Origin: an uncultured Pseudomonadota bacterium
GTDB taxonomy: Bacteria > Myxococcota_A > Polyangia > Fen-1088
Length of the DNA: 64,000 nucleotides
Assembly (NCBI GenBank): GCA_963847705.1
Contig: CAWKBC010000030.1
Location: forward strand, 480,001-544,000
Reading direction: 5' to 3'
The translations under genes were made by a program, and so were the position numbers. Below the pieces are notes generated by a model. That model saw only the letters and a program-made list of their open reading frames with translations. It was not told the DNA's origin and ran no database searches. Positions 18,520 through 28,244 of the stretch are shown here, piece by piece. Each line of letters begins with the position of its first letter. The first letter of the stretch is position 1.

Positions 18520-19413
18520 GTGGTGGAAAACGAAGTGATTCACATCGTGTTTGCCAGTGACGCCGAGGGCGTGGAGGGGATGGCGGTCGCGGGGTTTTCA
18601 GCGCTGGAGCTCTGCAGCCGGCCTGTCCACGTGTGGGTGATCGACGACGGGATCCCGCGACCCGCCCAGCAACGATTGCAGGCAACCTGGCGCCGCTGCC
18701 CGGCCTATTCGGGGTCGACGTTCATCCCGATGTCGAGCCTCCCGATCTCCATGCCGTCTCAGTGGGAGCGAAAGGTGTGGCCCCTGATCTCGGCCGCCCG
18801 TTTCCAGGTTGCCGACGTGCTGCCGAAACAGGTCAACCGGTGCGTCTATCTGGACATCGATATCCTGGCGGGCGCCGACCTGGCCGAGCTGTTCGACCTC
18901 GATCTCGCGGGCAATCCGCTGGGGATGGTGCGGGCCACCTACATCCCCGATCATGACAAGGCCTACCTCAGAACCATCGATCTGGATCCAGATGTCTATT
19001 GCAACGCCGGGGTGCTGCTCATCGATCTGGAGGCCTGGCGGCGCGAAGGGGCCGGCAGCGGGCTCATCAGCACCGGACGTGCGATGCCACCGAACATCTG
19101 GTTCTTCGACCAGGACATGCTCAACACCTACTTCAAAGGTCGCTGCCTGCTGCTGGAGAGCCGGTGGAACTGTCAGGATGCGGGCGTCACCCCGCAGGGA
19201 AGGCTCCAGCATTTCGCCGGTTCGACCAAACCCTGGAAAATGCCACCCGCCGCGGCCACGCTGGTCGGCCATGTCGCCTGGCACGGCGCCAAGCGGCGAA
19301 GTGGGTTCGAACCTTTGCAGGTGCCGACCTATCTCAGATTGAAAAAGCAGCTCCGCGTCCTGGCGGCCAAGGTCCAGCGCCGCCTCACCTGGCCCGAGAG
19401 GCCTTCGAGCTAG
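18520..19413 (+). CDS. Glycosyltransferase family 8
   Basis: VYLDID (DxD), NAGVLLIDL, DQDMLN, HFAGSTKPW. Confidence 0.9.
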   Translation: MVENEVIHIVFASDAEGVEGMAVAGFSALELCSRPVHVWVIDDGIPRPAQQRLQATWRRCPAYSGSTFIPMSSLPISMPSQWERKVWPLISAARFQVADVLPKQVNRCVYLDIDILAGADLAELFDLDLAGNPLGMVRATYIPDHDKAYLRTIDLDPDVYCNAGVLLIDLEAWRREGAGSGLISTGRAMPPNIWFFDQDMLNTYFKGRCLLLESRWNCQDAGVTPQGRLQHFAGSTKPWKMPPAAATLVGHVAWHGAKRRSGFEPLQVPTYLRLKKQLRVLAAKVQRRLTWPERPSS

Positions 19414-19432
19414 AACGCAAGAGGCGGCCGCC

Positions 19433-20515
19433 TCAGGTCCGCAGAGGCGGAAGCATTCGAATCGCCGGGGGGGAGCCCCCGACCGGGCGGTGAAGCTCGA
19501 CCCGTCCGCCGGCCGCGCGCCCCTGTTCGTAGGCGGCGGTCCGCAGGATCGCGCTGGCGCTGCGGGTCGTGCGGCGCGGGTACCTGCGCCGGAGGTAGGC
19601 GTCGCGTTGGGCGTCGGCGTGGCGGACCAGACCCTGGCTCTGGCTGACCCGCTCGCCCGCGCGCAGCTTCTCGTCGAAGCCGCTCATCACGCCCGCGCAG
19701 AAGCGCCGCCGGTCCATGTCGGAGCGGATGCCGAGCGCGCGTTTGTGCTCGCGCCAGAGCCGCTCCGCGGTGTCGGTCAGGAAGGCATGCACGTACACGG
19801 CGACTTCCAGATTGGCCGGGGTCCCGCAGAGCTCCAGCACGTGGCCGCGCCGGCCCGACTCGGCGAGGTAGGACGGGATCCAGATGACGCTCACGAAGAA
19901 GTGGCGGCCGAGGATTCCGGCCAGGATGCGTTCGCTGGTTTCGGTGCGCGCTTTCACCGGGCCGACGTGCCGGTAACCGTAGCCGTCCGTGCTGGCCGTG
20001 GCGGCCGCGTCGACGTTGTGCAGGAGCATGAGCCGGCGCGCTTCGTTCATGGCCGCTTCCGCCTCGTGCAAGTTGGGGCTTTCGGCCAGCGCGAGGAGCC
20101 GCGTGATCCGGCGCAGGACAGGGTGCGGTCCGCCCTCCGGGCCCCCGGCGGGCATCCCGGCGGCCTTGGCGTCGATCCCATGCTCGCGACAGACCCGCGC
20201 GAACGCCGGTCCGTGCGCCGTCTCGTCGTGGATCTGCAGCGCCTCGTCGACGTACTGGTGCGCGATCTCGTGCTTGAGCACCTCGCGGACCAGCCCCCAG
20301 GGATGGCCGAAGACCAGCCCGCGGGCGAGCGAGATGGTCCGCTGCAGGCGATGCCAGCTCCCGAGGCGGTGCGGCCCGTCCGACAGCGCGAGGACGGGCG
20401 CGCGGAGGGCGCCGCGGAAGTGGGTCTCGGAGATCTCGCGCCAGGTCAGGGCCAGCTCGCGGAGCAGGGCGGCCTCCAGGAAGATCCGATCGCGGGGCGA
20501 GCTGGCGCGCGGCAC
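19433..20515 (-). CDS. SprT-like zinc metalloprotease fused to a DUF2786-like domain
   Basis: LKHEIAH...AHGPAF (SprT type); RITRLLALAESPNLHEAEAA (DUF2786 type); start estimated. Confidence 0.75.
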   Translation of the reverse strand: MPRASSPRDRIFLEAALLRELALTWREISETHFRGALRAPVLALSDGPHRLGSWHRLQRTISLARGLVFGHPWGLVREVLKHEIAHQYVDEALQIHDETAHGPAFARVCREHGIDAKAAGMPAGGPEGGPHPVLRRITRLLALAESPNLHEAEAAMNEARRLMLLHNVDAAATASTDGYGYRHVGPVKARTETSERILAGILGRHFFVSVIWIPSYLAESGRRGHVLELCGTPANLEVAVYVHAFLTDTAERLWREHKRALGIRSDMDRRRFCAGVMSGFDEKLRAGERVSQSQGLVRHADAQRDAYLRRRYPRRTTRSASAILRTAAYEQGRAAGGRVELHRPVGGSPPAIRMLPPLRT

Positions 20516-20576
20516 GCCTTTTCCTATACCCGATCCGGTGCTGGCTCCCCAGTCGTCTTCCGAGCGAGCGCCTCGC

Positions 20577-20945
20577 TCAGCGTCCGGGCTGGGCGAGGAG
20601 CCGCTCGACCTCGTCGGCGATCTCGCCGAGGGTGAGCGGGCGCTGAAGAAACTTGGCCCAGCCGCGCGGCCGCCGGCGCTCATCCTCTGCCTCCGTGGAC
20701 CCACCGATCGCCACGACCGGGATCCCGGCGGAGAGAAGCCCAACGAGCTCTCCCTCTTTCAATTCCTGCCCGCGCAGGTCGACCACAGCCAGCGCAGGGC
20801 GCACAGCCGAGCGCGAGAGCCGCGACACAAGGTCGGTCACCCTGACGAAGCCCTCCGCGTCATACCCCCTCTCGAGCAGCTCGGCCCGGAGATAGGCGCG
20901 CGGCCAATGATCGGAATCCACGATCCAGACAGGCATCCGTGCCAT
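20577..20945 (-). CDS. Atypical receiver-domain protein
   Basis: WIVDSD, AVVDL; FLQRP has Arg where the conserved Lys is expected. Confidence 0.65.
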   Translation of the reverse strand: MARMPVWIVDSDHWPRAYLRAELLERGYDAEGFVRVTDLVSRLSRSAVRPALAVVDLRGQELKEGELVGLLSAGIPVVAIGGSTEAEDERRRPRGWAKFLQRPLTLGEIADEVERLLAQPGR

Positions 20946-21058
20946 GGCTCAAAGGTGCGACGAATACGCGGCAGCGGCAGGTCCGGATCGCTCAGTTTGA
21001 CGAAGGAATCGAACAGGCGGGGGAGGTGGTTGTTTGTCATGCTGAGGCAAGAGGTCAC

Positions 21059-21595
21059 ATGCTGAAGACGCGGTGGTGGTCGATGGTCCTTTTTGCAGCC
21101 GGCTGCGCGGGGCAAATGGCCAAGCCGGCGGCGACTTACGTCAAGCCGTCTGATTCGGAGCTGCGTCAGCGGCTGACGCCGATGCAGTATGCGGTCACTC
21201 AGCAGGACGGGACCGAACCGCCCTACCACAACGAATACTGGGACAACCACGCAGCGGGGCTCTACGTGGACGTCGTCACCGGTCAGCCTCTCTTCCTGTC
21301 GGTCGACAAGTTCGATTCCCACACCGGTTGGCCGAGCTTCACGCGGCCGATCGCGCCAGGAAGCGTGGTCGAGCGTCCAGACTACAAGCTCGGGTACCTT
21401 CGGCGAGAGGTGCGCTCGACGAGCGGGGACTCGCACCTTGGACACATCTTCGAGGATGGTCCGAGGCCGACCGGTCTGCGCTACTGCATCAACTCGGCGG
21501 CGCTCCGGTTCATCCCTCTCGGCGATCTCGAAGCGCAGGGCTACGGCAGCTATCGCTCGCGATTCACCCAGGGGTTCAGCGACGTGCCGCGCTGA
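21059..21595 (+). CDS. msrB: Peptide-methionine (R)-S-oxide reductase MsrB with lipoprotein signal
   Basis: [27 protein letters not shown]; N-terminal FAAGC lipobox. Confidence 0.93.
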   Translation: MLKTRWWSMVLFAAGCAGQMAKPAATYVKPSDSELRQRLTPMQYAVTQQDGTEPPYHNEYWDNHAAGLYVDVVTGQPLFLSVDKFDSHTGWPSFTRPIAPGSVVERPDYKLGYLRREVRSTSGDSHLGHIFEDGPRPTGLRYCINSAALRFIPLGDLEAQGYGSYRSRFTQGFSDVPR

Positions 21596-21628
21596 GCTGG
21601 CCAGCCCACCTGACCCACCGCGCCTGAT

Positions 21629-22432
21629 TCACCAGAGCGGCTTGATTCCGTTCTTCTCGACGATGACCGACGAGGCGGCCCATTTGCCGTTGGCCCCCGC
21701 GGAGACGATGGCGAACACGGCGAGTCCGGGCTTGGCGTCGGCGAGCTTGGCGGGAACGATGGCCACGATGGGCGTCGAGGGTGGAACGACCACGGTCGCC
21801 ACGCCGCTGCAGGGCTTGCCGCCGGCCTTTGCCGCGTGGCCGACGCACTTGCCCCGCACGATCGCCGAGCCTTGGTAGGAGACGGTCAGCTGGCCGCCGG
21901 TCGACGCTGTCACGCTGGCGTTGGTCATGGTGTACGCCGCCGCCGCGTCGTGGGCGACGGCGACGGTACCGCTGGTGAGGCTGCTCGCCGCGGCGGGCGC
22001 GACCCCCTCGGGTTGATGGTCCCACGGGTAAGAGCCCTCGGCGAGGCCCTTCCAAGGAATGATGTGAATCTCTCGAGCCATCAGCAGGCCGGCCGGTCCA
22101 GGTACGGTGGTCACCCCCACGAAGTCGGTGTCCCTGATCTGGTCGAAGCGCCGGGATTCGACCGTGGCGAAGGGGACCGTGGGCGCGATCGACGCCGTGA
22201 CGATGGTGCCGTCCGGCCGGCCGATCGAGATCGACTTCGAATCGATGCTCGCGATCTTGCCGCGGACCACCGAGGGCGCCGGAAGGTCGGAGGCAAGCGC
22301 CAGGGCCGCTGCGAGCACGAACCCACCAACGACGGTGAGCGAAAGCAGGGGCGTGTACAGCCGTTTGACGGAGGGAACCGCCACTGTCGCGGCAAGGTCG
22401 TCTGGCAGAATTCTGTGACCCCAGATGCCCAC
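21629..22432 (-). CDS. Secreted hypothetical protein (DUF5666-like beta-rich)
   Basis: Hydrophobic signal; RGKIASID, AREIHI, EGSYPWD, MTNA; true start is probably inside the ORF. Confidence 0.6.
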   Translation of the reverse strand: MGIWGHRILPDDLAATVAVPSVKRLYTPLLSLTVVGGFVLAAALALASDLPAPSVVRGKIASIDSKSISIGRPDGTIVTASIAPTVPFATVESRRFDQIRDTDFVGVTTVPGPAGLLMAREIHIIPWKGLAEGSYPWDHQPEGVAPAAASSLTSGTVAVAHDAAAAYTMTNASVTASTGGQLTVSYQGSAIVRGKCVGHAAKAGGKPCSGVATVVVPPSTPIVAIVPAKLADAKPGLAVFAIVSAGANGKWAASSVIVEKNGIKPLW

Positions 22433-22454
22433 GCCGGAGTCTACCGTACCCTTC

Positions 22455-22609
22455 GGAGAACGGCGGCGAGTTCGTCATCGGCGAGACTACCGATTGCGGA
22501 TTCACCTTCCACGACTGGTGCGAGGAGGGGGGTGCAAAAGAGCTGCTTCGAGGACGGCACGCCTGCGTACGAGTTCGAGGTGGACGGCTCGCGCAAGATC
22601 GAGCACTGA
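22455..22609 (+). pseudogene. 3' remnant of an unknown gene with a +1 frameshift in a G6 run
   Basis: GC3-biased frames join as ENGGEFVIGETTDCGFTFHDWCEEG/VQKSCFEDGTPAYEFEVDGSRKIEH* if one G at 22527-22532 is removed. Confidence 0.35.
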
Positions 22610-22675
22610 GCCGCCGGCCGCAAACCGCGCTGATGGGCCCTACGAAACGGCGTGAGATTTCGTTAGTCTGTGCCC

Positions 22676-24115
22676 ATGGCCCACGGGAGTGAGCGGGTGA
22701 TCGACGTCCACGCCAAGGCGCTGCGGATCAACCTCGACAAGCGGCGCTACGGCACCTTCGCCGAGATCGGGGCCGGGCAGGAGGTCGTCCGCTGGTTCTT
22801 CCGCGTCGGCGGCGCCGCCGGCACCGTCGCCAAGAGCATGTCGGCCTACGACATGACGGTGAGCGACGCCATCTACGGCAAGGCGGAGCGCTACGTCTGT
22901 CGGCCGCGCCTCGAGGCGATGCTCGAGCACGAGCACCGGTTGAACCTGGACCGCCTCTCGGAGAGCCGCGGCGAGACCACCGCCTTCTTCGCCTTCGCCG
23001 ACACGGTGTCGGCCCGCAACTACCGCGGCACCAACGAGTGCCACGGCTGGATGGGGGTCCGCTTCCAGTCGCGGCCGCACGATCGCGACAGCCAGATCGT
23101 CATCCACGTCCGCATGCTCGACGGGGAGAACGCGCTCCAACAGGAGGCGCTGGGGATCGTGGGGGTCAACCTCCTCTACGGCGCGTTCTATCACGATGAA
23201 GATCCCGAGCTCCTCATCGAATCGCTGCTGGACGGTCTCACCACCCAGCGCATCGCCATCGACATGATCGAGCTGTCCGGGATCGCCTTCCGCGAGGTCG
23301 ACAACCGCCTCATGAGCATGAAGCTGGTCCAGCTGGGGCTCTCGGGCGCGGCGATGTTCGATCCCAGCGGCGCGGTGCTGCAACCGTCGGAGGTCCTCTA
23401 CAAGAAGAACGTACTGGTCGAGCGGGGGAGCTTTCGCCCCGTCTGTCACGTCAACATGGACATGCTGCGCAGCGCCCGTGAGAACTTCGAGCGCGATCTG
23501 GGGCTGCCGGCTGCCTCCGGCGACGTCGTCGAGCTGATGGAGCTGACCATGCGCAACCTCCGCGAGGAGGGGGGCGAGGTCGATCGGGCGGACTTTCTGG
23601 CGCGCGCCGACATGCTGGCCGCCTCGGGCAAGACGGTGCTGATCTCCGACTACTTCGAGTACTACCGCCTGGCCGCCTATCTCTCGCACTACAGCAACCA
23701 GCGGGTCGCCATCACCATGGGGGCGTCGAGCCTGCGTGACCTCTTCGACGAGAAGTACTACGGCGCGCTGGAGGGGGGAATTCTCGAGTCGTTCGGCCGC
23801 CTGTTCAAGAACGAGCTGCGCCTCTACATCTACCCCCTGCTCGATCAGGCGACCGGCAAGCTCGTCACCGTCGACAACCTCGAGGTGGCGCCGCACCTGC
23901 ACAAGCTCTACGGCTACCTGGTCGACAGCGGCTCCATCAAACAGCTGGAGAACGTCAACCGGGACTACCTGCACATCTTCTCGCGAGACGCCCTGCGGAA
24001 GATCCGCGCCGGGGACCTCAGCTGGGAGGCGATGGTGCCGCCCCAGGTCGCCGAGGTGATCAAGACCCGCCGCTTTCTCGGCTATCTCCCGCCCAAGGCG
24101 CCGCCGCTCGAATAG
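22676..24115 (+). CDS. Conserved cytoplasmic protein with a nucleotidyltransferase-like C-terminal half
   Basis: KALRINLD...YGTFAEIGAGQEV; ERGSFRPVCHVN resembles the GSFxPxHxGH motif; no signal peptide or barrel; TAGTCT 6 nt before the ATG. Confidence 0.75.
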   Translation: MAHGSERVIDVHAKALRINLDKRRYGTFAEIGAGQEVVRWFFRVGGAAGTVAKSMSAYDMTVSDAIYGKAERYVCRPRLEAMLEHEHRLNLDRLSESRGETTAFFAFADTVSARNYRGTNECHGWMGVRFQSRPHDRDSQIVIHVRMLDGENALQQEALGIVGVNLLYGAFYHDEDPELLIESLLDGLTTQRIAIDMIELSGIAFREVDNRLMSMKLVQLGLSGAAMFDPSGAVLQPSEVLYKKNVLVERGSFRPVCHVNMDMLRSARENFERDLGLPAASGDVVELMELTMRNLREEGGEVDRADFLARADMLAASGKTVLISDYFEYYRLAAYLSHYSNQRVAITMGASSLRDLFDEKYYGALEGGILESFGRLFKNELRLYIYPLLDQATGKLVTVDNLEVAPHLHKLYGYLVDSGSIKQLENVNRDYLHIFSRDALRKIRAGDLSWEAMVPPQVAEVIKTRRFLGYLPPKAPPLE

Positions 24116-24175
24116 GCGTGCACTCCCGTGCTGGGAGCGCCGACGTGCGATAGCCTCACCGCCCAGGGAACGCGC

Positions 24176-24439
24176 ATGGACTCGTCACCGTCGAGCGGAA
24201 CACCAATCACCGCACCCCTCGCGCTGGTGCTGGAGCTGCTCTCGTGGGTGGCGGCGCGACCGCGCAGCTACGGTGAGACGATGGAGGCCTGGCGGACCTC
24301 GTGCCCCCGGATGCCTGTCTGGGAGGACGCCACCGCGAACGGCCTGGTGACCGTGGTGCCGGGCGAGGGCGGCATGCGCGACAATGCTGTCTGTCTGACC
24401 GCGGAGGGCCGCTCTTTTCTCGAGGGCCATGGGCGATGA
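24176..24439 (+). CDS. Small hypothetical protein (WRTSCPR motif, winged-helix-like)
   Basis: 87 aa; stop overlaps the next start (ATGA). Confidence 0.7.
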   Translation: MDSSPSSGTPITAPLALVLELLSWVAARPRSYGETMEAWRTSCPRMPVWEDATANGLVTVVPGEGGMRDNAVCLTAEGRSFLEGHGR

Positions 24440-25434
24440 GGGTCACGATCCTCGACGATTACTTCGACACCCTCCGCACCCTGCGGTGCTTCGAAAAACT
24501 GGCGCCGTTCGAGGTCACCGTCTTCAACGACCATCTCGAGGAGGTCGACGCGCTGGCGGAGCGCCTGAAGGACACGGAGGCGCTCATCCTCATTCGCGAG
24601 CGCACCAGGATCAGTGCCCCCCTGCTCTCGCGCCTGCCGCGTCTGCGGCTGATCAGCCAACGGAGCGTCTATCCTCACATCGACATCGAGGCCTGCTCAA
24701 GGCTCGGGGTGATCGTCTCGTCCAGCCTGCACGAAGGGACTCCGTCGTACGCGGCCGCCGAGTTGACGTGGGGGCTCGTTCTTGCGGCCATGCGCCAGAT
24801 TCCTCAGCAAGCCGCCGCACTCCGCGGCGGCCGCTGGCAGATCGGCGTCGGGCACTCGCTGCGGGGCAAGACCCTCGGCGTTTACGGCTACGGTCGCATC
24901 GGAAGAGTCGTCGCCGGCTACGGCAGCGCCTTCGGAATGAACGTTCGGGTGTGGGCACGCGAAGCGTCGCGGACGCGCGCGAGGATGGAGGGCTATACGG
25001 TTTCGGAGAGCAAGGAGGCCTTCTTCGAGGAGTCGGACGTGCTTTCGCTCCACATGCGGCTCGTCGAGGCGACACGGGGCATCGTCAGCGCGGCCGATCT
25101 CGCGCGCATGCAGCCGAGCGCGCTTCTCGTCAACACCAGCCGAGCCGGCCTGATCGAGGCGGGTGCGTTGTTGCCCGCGCTGCAGGCCGGCCGCCCGGGC
25201 ATGGCCGCCCTGGATGTCTACGAGCAGGAGCCTCTGCGCGATCCCGCTCATCCACTGCTCGCGATGGAGAACGTCATCTGCACGCCGCACATCGGCTACG
25301 TCACGCAGGACGAATACGAGATCCAGTTCAGCGACATCTTCGACCAGATCGTCGCCTATGCCTCCGGCTCGCCCATCAACGTGGTCAACCCCGAGGCGCT
25401 GGTGGTCGGTGCATCGTCCCTTCGCTCGATTTGA
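24436..25434 (+). CDS. D-2-hydroxyacid dehydrogenase family protein
   Basis: GYGRIG, LVNTSRA, DVYEQEP, TPHIG. Confidence 0.92.
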   Translation: MRVTILDDYFDTLRTLRCFEKLAPFEVTVFNDHLEEVDALAERLKDTEALILIRERTRISAPLLSRLPRLRLISQRSVYPHIDIEACSRLGVIVSSSLHEGTPSYAAAELTWGLVLAAMRQIPQQAAALRGGRWQIGVGHSLRGKTLGVYGYGRIGRVVAGYGSAFGMNVRVWAREASRTRARMEGYTVSESKEAFFEESDVLSLHMRLVEATRGIVSAADLARMQPSALLVNTSRAGLIEAGALLPALQAGRPGMAALDVYEQEPLRDPAHPLLAMENVICTPHIGYVTQDEYEIQFSDIFDQIVAYASGSPINVVNPEALVVGASSLRSI

Positions 25435-25681
25435 ATCCGAGAGCTCATTCTCTTCAAACGCTGGTCGTTTGCCCGCGTCGGATCCGGCTTGACGCCGAGC
25501 GGTGGACCGGAATTGTGAAGGGGATGTCGCGGAGCCGTTGCCCCTGCCCGGCGCCGTCCGTGCGAGTGTCCATTCGGCCCGTGAGACATAGGAAGGGGAT
25601 GGGCGTGATGGGGGAGTCGAGGGTTGAGGGAGAGCGGTGCCCGGCCATCGGGCCAGTCGGGCACCGCTCGGACAAGGCACA

Positions 25682-26212
25682 ATGATCAAGAAGCTCGTTC
25701 TCCACTTTCCCGACGGCAGCGTGCGCACGTTCGATTCGGCGACCCATCAGATCAGGGTCACCGACACCAAGGTCATCGTGAAGAGCGAAAGCGGCGAAGA
25801 GGAAGAGTTTGCCGGCACGCCGGTCGCGGTTCCGCACCGCCTGGCGTTCGAGCGGCCAGCCGAACCCGCCGTCGCCGCGCTGGTGGCGCGGATGCCGCAG
25901 CACCAGCGATCACCGCTCCGCCTCTACCTGTCCGCTGAGGCAGAGCTGATGCATTCGACCTCCGGCGGACGCCCGCCCGCGCTGGGCTTGTCCGAGCTGC
26001 TCGAGGCGCCGCACCGGGGTCGTTGGGCGGCTCGCCATGTGGGGGGCCGCGCCGGCCGGCGGCGGGCATTAGGTTTCGTGGGGGAAGGAAGGTGCGAAGA
26101 TGTGGACTCGCAAGATGAAGGGCGTGGCGATGGCCGCGACGGTGGTGTGGGCGACGCTCGGGCTGGTGCGGATGGGCTACGCGACGACGAACGACGCTCA
26201 GCTGGTCAGTGA
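25682..26212 (+). CDS. Hypothetical protein; only the first ~50 aa look coding
   Basis: MIKKLVLHFPDGSVRTFD... has GC3 bias; the 3' part overlaps the next gene and looks non-coding. Confidence 0.35.
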   Translation: MIKKLVLHFPDGSVRTFDSATHQIRVTDTKVIVKSESGEEEEFAGTPVAVPHRLAFERPAEPAVAALVARMPQHQRSPLRLYLSAEAELMHSTSGGRPPALGLSELLEAPHRGRWAARHVGGRAGRRRALGFVGEGRCEDVDSQDEGRGDGRDGGVGDARAGADGLRDDERRSAGQ

Positions 26213-26657
26213 CGCTCGGCAGACGATCGGCCTCTACAAGAAGGCCGATCCGAGCATCGATGCCTTCTTCAGGCGCTCGGTCGGGTACGTCGTGTTCCCC
26301 GGAATCGGGAAAGGCGGCCTCGGCATCGGTGGCGCGCACGGCACGGGCGTGCTGTTCGAGAACGGCGCCCCGGTCGGGAAGGTCACGATGAATCAGGTCA
26401 CCATCGGGGCCCAGGCCGGCGGCCAGGAATTCTCGCAGATCATCTTCTACGAGGTCCCCGGTCCGCTGCACGAGCTGAAGGGGGGCCACGCCTCGTTCTC
26501 GGCCGGGGTCAGCGCGGTCGCCTTGAGCTCGGGAGCTGCCTCGAGCGCGCGGTTCAACAACGGTATCGCCGTGTTCACCGCCACCAAGGGCGGCCTCATG
26601 CTCGAGGCGAGCGTCGGCGGTCAGAAGTTCAGCTACGAACCGTTCCCGGCGCTCTGA
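26100..26657 (+). CDS. Lipid-binding SYLF/YSC84 domain protein
   Basis: GYVVFPGIGKGGLGIGGAHGTGVL, IGAQAGGQ, KGGLMLEASVGGQKF. Confidence 0.88.
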   Translation: MWTRKMKGVAMAATVVWATLGLVRMGYATTNDAQLVSDARQTIGLYKKADPSIDAFFRRSVGYVVFPGIGKGGLGIGGAHGTGVLFENGAPVGKVTMNQVTIGAQAGGQEFSQIIFYEVPGPLHELKGGHASFSAGVSAVALSSGAASSARFNNGIAVFTATKGGLMLEASVGGQKFSYEPFPAL

Positions 26658-26677
26658 GCCGCGGGCACGCTTGCCAG

Positions 26678-28096
26678 CTAGAGGTCAGCGGTCGTGAAGG
26701 TGACCGTTGCCCCTGCTGGCAACGTCGCGACGAAGGCCCCCTGACCGGTCCAGTCGACGGAGAACCGCGCCGGCACGCCACCCGGGTTGAACACCACCAG
26801 CGTGTCTGTCTCATCCGGGTTGCGGAAGGCCTGCGCCACGACGCCATTGCCGTCCGAGCTGGCCACACGCGTCGCTCCCGGGACGACGAACTTCGAGAAC
26901 TGACCCAGCTCATAGTAGTTGAGGGTCAGCTGGACCTGCCCGGTCGTCGTATCGATCGTCGCCAGACCGCTGCAGCCGACGCACCCTTCGCCCATCTTGG
27001 GGCCCCCGTCCTGATCCAGCGCCAGGTTCCAGAGGACCACCCCGCTGGCCCAGTTCGCCGTGCTGGAGAGGATCTGCTGGGTGGCGTCGCCCGCGATGCC
27101 CGTCGGTCCCGTCGAGCACTCGGTCATGTAAACGGGCCGGCCCGGCTGATCCGTGTGAATCAACGTCATCTCGTCCAGCCCCTGGTAGCAATGCCAGGCG
27201 GTGCCATAGAGCTCGTCGCCCGCACCCCCGTAGAGGGCCGTCGCGAAGTCGCGCGAGGCGCCGATGTCGTCGCCGCCCAGGATCTTCACGTTCGACAGCC
27301 CGGCGGCGCTCAACGCTGGAGCCAGGTCGACCGCGATCAGCTGGGCCTCGTCCGCGGCGGGGAGCAGCATCCCTGAGTACGAGGATGGCGCGAACGACGG
27401 CTCGTTCTGCGGTGTGATGGCCCAGACCGGGACGCCCTTGGCCTGGTAGTCCTGCAGGAAACGCACGAAATACTGCGCCAGCGCGCTGTGGGCGTCGTCG
27501 CGCAGGGCGCCGTCTCCGCCGCCCAACATGCTCCCGTTGGTCTTCATCCAGGCGGGCGGGCTCCAGGGATTCGCGAACAGCTTCATCTGCGGGTTGATCG
27601 CCTGCGCCTGCAGGATCAGCGGGACGACGTTGGCATCATCATGCGCCGTGCTGAACCCGGACAGCGTCGGGTCCGGATCGCCCTCGGCGTCGCCGTCATC
27701 GTAAGAATAGGTGCAGCCGCAGGCGGTGAAGTCGGAAGAGGCCATCGGGACGCGCATGAAGGAGAGGCCGATGCCCGAAGGCCGCGAGAACAGCTCTGCC
27801 ATCAAGTCGTCGCGCTCGGCCTCCGCCAGAGCGCCCCAGATCAAGGAGGCCGAGCTGTCGGTGAACGCCGCGCCGAAGCCGTCGATGCTCTGGAGCGTGA
27901 CGGTGTCGTCGAAGGTGACGTCCGCTGGTCCGCCCCCGGCGGGCGTGACGTCGGCCTGGCGCGAGAGCGCGTGGCCCAGGTCCGGTGTGGTCAGCCAGAC
28001 GTGAACCGCGGGGCCCGGGCGAACGATCTCGCTTCCGCAGGAAGCCAGGACCACCGTGGCGAGGAAGGTGAAGAGTGCGTGAGACAGGCGGCGCAT
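26678..28096 (-). CDS. Glycoside hydrolase family 30 lipoprotein
   Basis: Lipobox LASC; GFGAAFTD, PWSPPAWMK, QNEP (acid/base), MTEC (nucleophile), WNLALD. Confidence 0.9.
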   Translation of the reverse strand: MRRLSHALFTFLATVVLASCGSEIVRPGPAVHVWLTTPDLGHALSRQADVTPAGGGPADVTFDDTVTLQSIDGFGAAFTDSSASLIWGALAEAERDDLMAELFSRPSGIGLSFMRVPMASSDFTACGCTYSYDDGDAEGDPDPTLSGFSTAHDDANVVPLILQAQAINPQMKLFANPWSPPAWMKTNGSMLGGGDGALRDDAHSALAQYFVRFLQDYQAKGVPVWAITPQNEPSFAPSSYSGMLLPAADEAQLIAVDLAPALSAAGLSNVKILGGDDIGASRDFATALYGGAGDELYGTAWHCYQGLDEMTLIHTDQPGRPVYMTECSTGPTGIAGDATQQILSSTANWASGVVLWNLALDQDGGPKMGEGCVGCSGLATIDTTTGQVQLTLNYYELGQFSKFVVPGATRVASSDGNGVVAQAFRNPDETDTLVVFNPGGVPARFSVDWTGQGAFVATLPAGATVTFTTADL

Positions 28097-28244
28097 GGCG
28101 GTCGTCGACAGGGGACGATGCCGCGGCGAGCTTGACCTTGTCCAGCGGCCGCGCGGCCACGATCGAAGACGGCGGGTGAGCGCGGGGGCCGTCGCGGCGC
28201 CCGTGGCCCGCGTGAGGGCGGCTGGTGGGTCGGTCCCGTCGAGC

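Noticed and set aside
22676-24115. TonB-dependent receptor label
   Set aside because: No signal peptide, no beta-barrel pattern and no terminal aromatic residue.
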